A program made the translations under genes and the position numbers. Shown here one piece after another: positions 20,183 to 28,713 of a stretch of 32,000 nt of DNA (positions within the stretch are counted from its first letter, which is position 1; every line of letters begins with the position of its first letter). The DNA comes from Trichodesmium erythraeum IMS101 (GTDB lineage: Bacteria; Cyanobacteriota; Cyanobacteriia; Cyanobacteriales; Microcoleaceae), in the NCBI RefSeq assembly GCF_000014265.1, contig NC_008312.1, positions 7,470,001 through 7,502,000 of the forward strand. The letters are read 5' to 3'. The notes beneath the pieces are model-generated. The model had not been told where the DNA came from. It did not search any database and saw only the letters and a program-made list of their open reading frames with translations.

Positions 20183-21421
20183 ATGAGATTAGTTGAGAGA
20201 CATATAATTAAAGAAAGTCATCAACATGGGAAAGAGATAGATAAATTTTGTTTTCTTTCTAAAAATATCTATAACTATGCTAATTATTTGGTACGTCAAT
20301 CTTTGATTTTTAACAAAAATTATCTGAACTATAATCAGATATATCATCAATTCAAAAATAGTCCATATTATGGATTATTACCAAGTAAATTAATTCAACA
20401 AATACTAAGAATATTAGACAAAAATTGGCAGAGTTTTTTAGTGGCTAATAAAGCCTACAGAGAAAACCCAAATAAATTTACAGAGCAACCAAAACTGCAA
20501 AAATATAAAGATAAAATTAAAGGGAGAAATTTATTACTTTATATCATCTAAGCCATTAGTAAGCTAAGTCTGAATCAAGGGAAAATCAAATTATCAAAAA
20601 TAGATATATAATTCTTGATTCAGGTAGAAAATATTACTTGTGTGAGAATAATTGCGAGACTAAAACGGTATGTAATTGAGGTGGTGTATGAATTACTAAA
20701 CGAATTTGCTCTAAACAATTCTAAAGCAGTAGTAGCTATTGATATAGGAGTAAATAATTTAGCGGCGTTAACATCAAACTAAAAAGAGTTTACACCGATC
20801 CTGGTTAACGGACAGCTGTTAAAAAGTATTAACCAATTCTATAACAAAACGAGGGCAAAATTGTAGAGTAGATTGAAAGAGGAGTTGAGGGCATCAAATC
20901 AGATTTAAAGATTAACAGCTAAACGAAATAATCAAATAAAAAATTATTTTCTTTTCTGTAGCAGATGGATAATAAATGATTTAGAGGAATGGGGAATTGG
21001 GAAATTAATTATCGTCCAAAAGCCCTTCTGGAAACACTGGGTAAATAATAGATAGAAAAAAAATAATCAATCATTTGTAAATATACCTCATAGTCGTTTT
21101 GTAGAAATGTTAAAATACAAGGGAGAAATAGCAGTAATAAAAGTGACTGTAAGTGAAAAAAGTTATACATCTAGTGCTAGTTTTTTGTCATTAGATTATA
21201 TCCCTAAATATGGAGAAGAAAATGGAAAAAAATATGAGTTTAGTGGTTATCGAGGGTGGAGAGGACTGTGCCTAGAATCAGGCTCAAAAATCAGGATAAA
21301 TGCAGATATAAATGGGTCATACAACATCATGAGAAAAGTAATCCCAATAGTTTTTGATGGAGGGATAGAGGGCGTTGTAGTTCGTCCAGTTAGGATAACT
21401 CCTAATCAAACTAAAAATTAG
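20183..21421 (+). pseudogene. tnpB: IS200/IS605-family TnpB (OrfB) RNA-guided-nuclease relic, multiple stops and frameshifts
   Basis: ORF 20183-20551 (MRLVERHIIKESHQHGKEIDKFCFLSKNIYNYANYLVRQ...LPSKLIQQILRILDKNWQSFL...). Broken middle pieces follow (...AVVAIDIGVNNLAALTSN..., ...LTAKRNNQIKNYF...). ORF 21107-21421 then reads (...SEKSYTSSASFLSLDYIPKY...INADINGSYNIMRKVIP...). No tnpA is present. Confidence 0.75.
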
Positions 21422-21496
21422 TTGATATTATATTTAACTAAAGTTTCTAGTAACTATTAGTATTTGTTAATGAAATAGTATTGGAGAATTTTAACA

Positions 21497-22129
21497 GTGA
21501 ATAATCTTTTGTCCAAGTTTAAAGATTTTGTCGGACTTAATGAGCCAGTTGAATATGAATATGATTACGATGAAATGGAAGGAGAACAGTATGTTTATCC
21601 TCAACAACAGCAAACTCCTGCTGCTGTGCCTACTCAGGAGGAAAGTCGCAGTAACCGCCGATTAAGAAATCGGGCCAGTGCTACGACTGCAACAACTGCT
21701 AGCACAACAGGTATTAATGGAGTTGTTCAACAAGAATCTGGAATGGGATCGGTTATGAATAATGTAATTGGAATGCCAGGAGCTTTAAACGGAATGTCTG
21801 AGGTTGTGGTTTTAGAACCACGCACTTTTGAGGAAATGCCTCAAGCAATTCGTGCCTTACGGGAGCGCAAATCTGTGGTTTTAAATTTAACTATTATGGA
21901 CCCAGAACAAGCCCAAAGAGCGGTAGATTTTGTAGCAGGTGGTACTTATGCTCTTGATGGTCATCAAGAACGCATTGGAGAAAGTATTTTTCTGTTTACA
22001 CCAAGTTGTGTACAGGTGAGAACTCAAACAGGTTTAGTAAACGAAATGTCACAGACTCAACCACGCCCTCGTGTGCCTAACTCTGGGTCTCAAGTTTGGC
22101 AACCTGAGCAAATTCAAATGATACAATAG
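21497..22129 (+). CDS. sepF: Cell-division protein SepF
   Basis: The conserved C-terminal domain is [68 protein letters not shown]. It has a GTG start and a Q/T-rich linker typical of cyanobacterial SepF. Confidence 0.9.
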   Translation: MNNLLSKFKDFVGLNEPVEYEYDYDEMEGEQYVYPQQQQTPAAVPTQEESRSNRRLRNRASATTATTASTTGINGVVQQESGMGSVMNNVIGMPGALNGMSEVVVLEPRTFEEMPQAIRALRERKSVVLNLTIMDPEQAQRAVDFVAGGTYALDGHQERIGESIFLFTPSCVQVRTQTGLVNEMSQTQPRPRVPNSGSQVWQPEQIQMIQ

Positions 22130-22198
22130 TAAAGGAAATTTGGGTATGGGGTTAATTTAAAAATTGAAATATAGTTCTCTAGTTAGAGTAATTATATT

Positions 22199-22340
22199 AG
22201 AGTTGTTTGGTGTGGGAAAATTTAAAATGTTTAAAACCTTATTCTATAAGTTTTTAAACATTTTCATCCTTAAAAGCACCCATAAACCTCAACTTATTTT
22301 GGGTTTTAGCCATTTTTGGGGCTTAATTCCCAACAACTCT
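22199..22340. mobile_element. 142-bp MITE sharing termini with the DDE_Tnp_4 IS at 7432-8460 and 28714-31114
   Basis: Left end AGAGTTGTTTGGTGTGGGAAAA, right end TTAATTCCCAACAACTCT. A 3-bp direct repeat ATT flanks it (22196-22198 and 22341-22343). The interior is unrelated to the IS and has no coding capacity beyond a spurious ORF. Confidence 0.7.
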
Positions 22341-22391
22341 ATTATAAAAATACCCATCCCCAATTCCTAGTTTATATATTTATTTTTTTGG

Positions 22392-23225
22392 TTGAAAATG
22401 GCAATTACTAAGTTGGGTTTAATAGGTGGTGGGGTAATGGGAGAGGCTTTGCTATCCCGCCTAATTAAACAAAATGTTTATCTACCCTCGGAAATTTTAG
22501 TTAGTGACCCCCAGCAACAAAGGCGGAATTTGTTGACACAAGAGTATGGTGTACAAGTGACTACAGATAATAGTTTGGTAGTGACAAGTACAACGGAGGT
22601 TTTATTGCTGGCAGTTAAGCCTCAAATATTTGATAGTGTAGTGTCACAGTTGGGAGACTGGCAAGTTGCTGGTAAGACAACAACTTTACCTTTGCTAATT
22701 TCTATTATGGCTGGTGTGCCTTTGCAAAAGCTGGAAGCATTTTTCTGTGGGCAACCTGTGGTTAGAGTTATGCCGAATACTCCAGCAACAGTGGGTGTAG
22801 GTATGAGCGCTATCGCTCTGGGGAAAAATGTTCAACCATCACATCGGGAGTTAGCTACTTGTATTTTAGCATCTATAGGTCAGGTAGTTGAAGTGTCAGA
22901 AAGTTTAATGGATGCAGTTACGGCAGTGTCTGGTTCGGGACCTGGTTATGTAACAATTTTTATAGAATCTTTGACAGATGGGGGTGTTCGTGCTGGTTTA
23001 CCTAGGGCGATCGCTTATCAATTGGCATTGCAAACTGTTCTGGGAACAGCGGTTTTATTGCAGGAGTCAGGAATGCACCCGGCACAGTTGAAAGATCGGG
23101 TGACAAGTCCAGGGGGCACAACTATTGCTGGAATTGCTGAGTTAGAAAGTGCGGGTTTTCGTTCTGCTATTATTGAGGCTGTCCTGGCAGCAAAGGAGAA
23201 AGCGGAAGAGTTAGGAAATAGTTGA
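22392..23225 (+). CDS. proC: Pyrroline-5-carboxylate reductase
   Basis: LGLIGGGVMGEAL, LLLAVKPQ, VRVMPNTPATVGVGMSAI, GSGPGYVTIFIESLTDGGVRAGLPR and VTSPGGTTIAGI. The ATG at 22398 is the more likely start than the TTG at 22392. Confidence 0.95.
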   Translation: MKMAITKLGLIGGGVMGEALLSRLIKQNVYLPSEILVSDPQQQRRNLLTQEYGVQVTTDNSLVVTSTTEVLLLAVKPQIFDSVVSQLGDWQVAGKTTTLPLLISIMAGVPLQKLEAFFCGQPVVRVMPNTPATVGVGMSAIALGKNVQPSHRELATCILASIGQVVEVSESLMDAVTAVSGSGPGYVTIFIESLTDGGVRAGLPRAIAYQLALQTVLGTAVLLQESGMHPAQLKDRVTSPGGTTIAGIAELESAGFRSAIIEAVLAAKEKAEELGNS

Positions 23226-23524
23226 CTAGCTATCAACTCAAAATTCTTGCCTAATAGCTAGCCTCCTGGGTCTCAACTGTGAACTTCAGTTTTTAGATCT
23301 TTGGGTAGAAATTCCCTAACTGATAAGTAATAACTGATAAAGGAAGTTGAACAAAAAAAACTTGAGATAATATTATAATTATGACAATATTAGATGATTT
23401 TTGATTGATTTAACTTAAATAAATTGAGGTTAAAAAACTATATTTTTCTCTTAGGCAATGTGAGAGGAAGTCTGATAACTGGGTAGATAATAACTGAAAA
23501 AATTATGCGGTACGAAAAAGTCCT

Positions 23525-24050
23525 TAGGAAGTATTATGGTGTGGCACACAAGCTATAGGGTGGATATAGAGTTACTAATAGATAATGTATTGAATAATAC
23601 TTCGTTTAAAAATAAAATTTCTTGACAATGGGAAGGGGATAACCTGATACTTTAACCCTCTATATTGATTATTTATTTATATTAGCAACTTTTTTAGCTG
23701 CTCCAAATATGAGCAAAAAGGATTAGTGGTTATAAGTAAAAATTAACAGCATTAACAACGGTGAATATATTAGGCTTTTACTAAGAGAAAATTGAGCAAA
23801 AATTTAGTCTATCTTAAGTGGCAATATTAAAGATATTGTTGTACTTAATATCAGTATATAAAACTGTTCAAATATTAAAGCTAACCAATTATTTTTTCTG
23901 AGAATAAAATCATAAATTTGGATAAGGTATATAGAAAGGTTCTTAAGTGTTAAGCAATTAATTTAACCTATATTAGGGTATCTTTTAATCCTAATAATGG
24001 TATGAAAAATTGACTTTTTCCTCAGAAGTAGTATTAATTTTAGACATAAA
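23525..24050 (+). mobile_element. Diverged 5' fragment (left IR region plus first ~290 nt of transposase) of the IS4-type element that is complete at 25970-27557
   Basis: 23761 GTGAATATATTAGGCTTTTA... parallels 26175 GTGAATATATTAGGCTTTTA... through ...CCTCAGAAGTAGTATTAATTTTAGA (~24040). The upstream 23640-23760 parallels 26050-26174 (GATTATTTATT...AAAAAGG). Confidence 0.6.
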
Positions 24051-24226
24051 TTAATGAGAAAATTATAATATTTTGTAGTAAAGTGTGATTATTATATGCC
24101 TTGTTAATAATATTGAATAATAATTCAAATTAAGCTAAAAAATTGTTACTAAATATATTTTGTAGTGTGCTTTTTACCGTGTGATTTTCCTAAGAAAATA
24201 ATATTAACTTAATAATTTTTCTGATT

Positions 24227-25207
24227 ATGCTTAACAAAAATATTGGCTATATTTCCCCAGATTATTTATATAAATATAATAGTCCTATCAACACAGAAGC
24301 AATATTAAAAATTCGTCAAGAAAGACAAGCAAAATTATTTAAATTCTCTCATGAAAAATATTACAAGGCAGTACAAACAATAGCAGATATTCAAAGCAAC
24401 TTTTTCGACTGTTCTAGTGCAGTTATCAAAGTCGGTCACCCTGAGGAAATTTCTCCTGGTCAAAAACAAAGGCTTTACCATTGTTTACAAACATTTTGCC
24501 CCTGGAAAAAAGGTCCCTTTGAACTATTTGGGGTAAACATTGATGCAGAATGGCGTTCCGACTGGAAATGGGATAGAATTTTACCACATATTAGTTCTAT
24601 TAAAAATCGCAAAGTTGCTGATATTGGTTGCCACAACGGTTATTTTATGTTTCGGATGGTGGATCAACAACCGGAATTAGTCATCGGTTTTGAGCCCTAC
24701 AGCAAACATTTTTGGAATTTTCAACTTATTCAAAATATCGTCAAACAAAAAATGCTGGCATTTGAACTTTTAGGAGTGGAACACATTCACTACTATCCCC
24801 AATTTTTTGATACCATTTTTTGTCTGGGTATTCTCTATCATCACACTGATCCTATTGGTTTATTACGCAAAATGCGACAGGCGTTAGGGCCAAAAGGTGA
24901 AGTTATTATTGACTGTCAAGGTATTCCTGGAGATTTACCAGTGGCACTTACTCCCCAAAAACGTTACGCACAAGCGCGGGGTATTTGGTTTCTTCCTACC
25001 CAGTCTTGTTTAGAAAATTGGATAGGGAGAGCGGGGTTTAGCGATATTAATTGTTTTTTTGCTGCGCCTTTGTCCGTTGAGGAGCAACGACGTACTATTT
25101 GGGCAAATATTGATAGTTTACCAGAATTTCTTGATCCTCACAACCCATCCTTAACTGTTGAAGGTTATCCCGCTCCTTGGCGTTATTATGCGATCGCGCG
25201 GAAGTAA
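24227..25207 (+). CDS. cmoB: tRNA U34 carboxymethyltransferase (cmo5U synthase) CmoB-family methyltransferase
   Basis: WKKGPFELFGVNIDAEWRSDWKWDRILPHI, VADIGCHNGYFMFRM, FCLGILYHHTDP, RYAQARGIWFLP, EEQRRTIWANIDSLPEFLDPHNPSLTVEGYPAPWR. It is colinear with E. coli CmoB as I recall it. Confidence 0.85.
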   Translation: MLNKNIGYISPDYLYKYNSPINTEAILKIRQERQAKLFKFSHEKYYKAVQTIADIQSNFFDCSSAVIKVGHPEEISPGQKQRLYHCLQTFCPWKKGPFELFGVNIDAEWRSDWKWDRILPHISSIKNRKVADIGCHNGYFMFRMVDQQPELVIGFEPYSKHFWNFQLIQNIVKQKMLAFELLGVEHIHYYPQFFDTIFCLGILYHHTDPIGLLRKMRQALGPKGEVIIDCQGIPGDLPVALTPQKRYAQARGIWFLPTQSCLENWIGRAGFSDINCFFAAPLSVEEQRRTIWANIDSLPEFLDPHNPSLTVEGYPAPWRYYAIARK

Positions 25208-25226
25208 TTTGATTGGGACTTACCCA

Positions 25227-25246
25227 CAGGCCCTAATTAGGGCCTG
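25227..25246 (+). terminator. Perfect 20-nt palindrome 20 nt after the cmoB stop (candidate terminator stem)
   Basis: CAGGCCCTAATTAGGGCCTG. It is GC-rich in an AT-rich context, but no clear U-tract follows. Confidence 0.35.
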
Positions 25247-25969
25247 CTGATTAATTCTGAAAGCATTGACAGATAAAGACCTTAACTTGATTTGTATGGA
25301 AGAGCTGGCTGTTTATATTGAGGTAATAGCCAATTAAATCAGGATTTAGGTGATAGCCATGAGTGAACCAATTTCTAATATCATTTATATTGTTTCTGAA
25401 AAGTAATGCTATACTTATATTTTTGACGAATTAAACTTTTTTTGATTCAAATAAGTTTCAATAAATTTTTTTCTCAGGTTAAGAGAATAAACTTTCATAG
25501 TAGTTGAGAAATTAGATTTTTAAGAATTGATATAATATGATCGCGATCGCATAAGATAGATTATTTTATTGATTCATTTATGACTTTTATTGTACCTCAG
25601 TATCCTCGAAAGTTCTGTAAATCAAGACTTACTTATCAAGCGCCAGATCTAGTGAATGTGAATTTAATGGAGCAATATTTTTCCTGAAAAAAATTATTAA
25701 AACTGCAGTTTTAGTTATTTTTTTGAGTTTTTTTTTAGTGACAAATTTATATTCTTCAAATTACTTGATTTTTGTTAATTTTTATTATCAATACTTTCAA
25801 ATAAATAACTCTAATAAATCTTTCACACTTAGTTTTATTATATTACTCTAAATAGACTTCTAATTTTAATGTATTAAAGTCTCCTAAGAAGTCCCTTTTC
25901 CCCTAGGTATTCCAAAAAATGGCCACCCTAAATTAATTGTTGGCCATTTATCAAGTTTTTCTCTCTCAC

Positions 25970-27557
25970 CTCACGGGGTAACAAGCTAGTTGAAAGCTAT
26001 ATATAGAAAGGGATTTGCCTTCGTAGACTGAAGAATATTTCAACAAAAAGAAAATGCTTATTGAGAATGGATGGGGTGTAGTGCGTTGATTATTTATTCA
26101 TTTTAAAAGTTTTTTGAAATAGTTAAAAATATGATAAAAAAAGGTTACTAATTACAAATAAAAATCAATAAAAGGTGAATATATTAGGCTTTTATCAAGA
26201 CCATATTAAGGAAAAATTGAGTCCATCTCAATTAGTAACATTACAAATATTATTATACTTAATATCTGTACATAAAACTGTGCAAATATCAAAACTAAGT
26301 AATTATTTTCCCCTACCAATAAAATTAGAAAGTAAGGGAAAACTTATGCGAAATATTTTTAACTATCAAGGAATTAAGTTTGCCTTTATTCTGGTTTCCT
26401 TGGGTCAGAATAATGGTAAAAAAATTATTCGACTTTCCCTCAGAATTAGTATTAATTTTAGATAGAACTCAGTGGCAAAATACTAATATATTAATGATTA
26501 GTTTAGCTTGGAAAAAGAGAGCTTTACCTATACATTGGAAAATTTTAACTCATAAAGGAGCTAGTAATTTAGCCGAACAAAAAGCAGTAATTCGTCCAGT
26601 TATAAGATTATTAAAATGCCAGAAAATCATTCTGACAGCAGATAGAGAGTTCCACAGTATTTTTCTATGTTATTGGTTGAAAAAATATCAAAAACAAGAT
26701 GTATACTTTGTTTTGAGAACAAAAAAATCGACGATGATTAAACGAGGAAAAAAATATTGTAAACTCTCTGAATTACCAGCAAACATCGGTGAATGTAAAC
26801 TATTTTTAAATCAAAAAATTACCAAAATTTTGAGAGTAGGAACATATAATTTACTGATATATAAAAAACCAAAATATCGTGACAAATCTGTTTCCGAAAA
26901 ATGGTATATTTTAACCAATCTATCGTTACCAGGGAAAATTAAAAAAATATATAGCCAGAGAATGGGAATTGAAGCAATGTTTAAAGACTATAAAACTGGT
27001 GCTTACAATCTAGAATCAGCGAAGGCCAATGAAACGAGATTGAATAATTTAATTTTATTAATAGCTATTTCTTATGCAATTAGTTCATTTCAAGTCCAAA
27101 AAATTAAAAATAAAGGGGTTCAAGAATATATATCAAGAACTAATGAAAAAAGTAGAAAAGAAAGAAGGCACAGTAGTTTTTTTGTAGGATTATCTAGGAT
27201 GTATTGGGCAATAAATGATGATTTTATCTGGGGATTAGTAGAAAATTTAATGAGGCTTAATCCTCATAAATTTCTATATTATCACAGGGGCATAAAAGCG
27301 ATGAATATAGTGGTTAATTAGACCGTAATTTTTGATTAATAATCAATTAATTCATGTGAGTTTTTTCATAATATTATTCTCCAGTGCAACTTGAATTATT
27401 ATTCAATTTAGTTAGGGGGTGTAGTGCGTTCGATCCGCGAACGCACTACACCCCCTTAATTCTCAATAAGGATTTTCTTTTAATTGAATTATTCCTCAGT
27501 CCCAGAACGCAAATTCTTCTCTATACATAGCTTTCAACTAGCTTGTCACCCCGTGAG
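25970..27557 (+). mobile_element. IS4-family insertion sequence (1,588 bp) with ~118-bp imperfect terminal inverted repeats
   Basis: The left end CTCACGGGGTAACAAGCTAGTTGAAAGCTATATATAGAAA... (25970-26087) mirrors the right end (27440-27557). A 9-bp direct repeat CTCTCTCAC flanks the element (25961-25969 and 27558-27566). Confidence 0.85.
26175..27321 (+). pseudogene. IS4-family DDE transposase with a single frameshift (~26375-26390)
   Basis: ORF 26175-26465 (MNILGFYQDHIKEKLSPSQLVTLQIL...) and ORF 26380-27321 (...LILDRTQWQNTNILMISLAWKKRALPIHW...LTADREFHS...YSQRMGIEAMFKDYKTGAYNLE...RRHSSFFVGL) overlap in different frames. The RxGIExxFxxxK motif is typical of IS4. Confidence 0.8.
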
Positions 27558-27870
27558 CTCTCTCACACGTGATCGACTCAAACAAAAAGAAAATTTGTAG
27601 AGAAAATATTTGTGTATATTCTAAAAGGAGAAAATTTTACCTAGGAGTTAATAACTTAGATTTTTGAGGTGAGTCGGAGCAGAATATTTTAAGTCTCACA
27701 AAGCATAACAGAAGAATATAGACAAATCAAAAAATGCTAGTTTTGTTTGTAGAAAAAAATAAATTAAACTAACAATCAAATAAAGGCTTTATCTGAGTTA
27801 ACTGATGAAGCTAGATGGTTTATTGAAAAATAGCTTTCTAATTTCCATGAATATGTGGAGAAAGGAAAAA

Positions 27871-27976
27871 GTATAATTGATAACTAATAATTGATAACCA
27901 ATAATTGATAACTAATAATTGATAACTTATAATTGATAACTAATAATTGATAACTAATAATTGATAACTTATAATT
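27871..27976. repeat. Tandem array: 7 full copies plus 1 partial copy of a 14-bp unit (NN-ATAATTGATAAC)
   Basis: The 12-nt core ATAATTGATAAC is invariant in all 7 units. Only the 2-nt linker varies (TA/CA/TT). The array ends 10 nt before the kinase ATG at 27986. Confidence 0.9.
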
Positions 27977-28713
27977 AAACAAATCATGCAATCTAAACAA
28001 ATCCTGAGAACCGTTATCAAATCATTAAATCTTTGGGAAGTAGAAGCTTTGGAAATACCTACTTAGCTCAAGATTTAGATTTGCCAGGCAATCCTAAATG
28101 TGTAGTCAAACATCTGAAACCAAAAACTTTAGATCCTACAGTTCTAAATATTGCTAGAAAGTTATTTCAAAGAGAAGCAGATACCTTATACAAATTAGGT
28201 AACAACTAAAACAAAATACCAAGATTATTTGCCCATTTTGAAGAAGGAAAAGAATTTTACCTAGTACAAGAATATATAGAAGGGCAAGATATAAGTAAGG
28301 AATTAACTACAGGAAAAAAATTAATTGAGTTTGATACTATTTCCTTACTAAAAGGAATATTAGAGGCATTAACAATAGCTCATGAAAATAATATAATTCA
28401 TCGAGATATAAAACCACAAAATTTGATGCGTCGTAAGTCAGATAGCAAAATAATATTGATAGACTTTGGAGCTGTAAAAGAAATAGAGGTATTAACTATT
28501 AACCAACAAAGTTTAACAACTATAACTGTAACTTTAGGAACTCCTGGTTATATGCCAAGTGAACAGATTAATGGTAGACCAAAATTGAGTAGTGATATAT
28601 ATGCAGTGGGAATAGTTGGAATAAAAGCTTTGACTGGAAAAGAACTAAAAAATTTACCAAGAGATAAAAATACAGGAAATATAATTTGGCGTAATGAAGT
28701 TAAAGTAAGTAAT

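Noticed and set aside
22164-22370. 68-aa TTG-initiated ORF between sepF and proC
   Set aside because: It is almost exactly coextensive with the 142-bp MITE and its flanks, so it is an artefact of the repeat.
23018-23236. 72-aa ORF on the - strand
   Set aside because: It is antisense to the conserved C-terminus of proC. It is a shadow ORF.
23520-23580. Similarity of GGTGTGGCACACAAGCTATAGGG to the end of the 412-1492 IS (GTGTGGCACAAGAAACCTATAG)
   Set aside because: The surrounding sequence aligns better and colinearly with the left IR region of the IS4-type element (25970 onward). The short match is probably coincidental.
27871-27976. Possible CRISPR array
   Set aside because: The units are contiguous 14-mers with no spacers, the repeat is far too short, and no cas genes are present.
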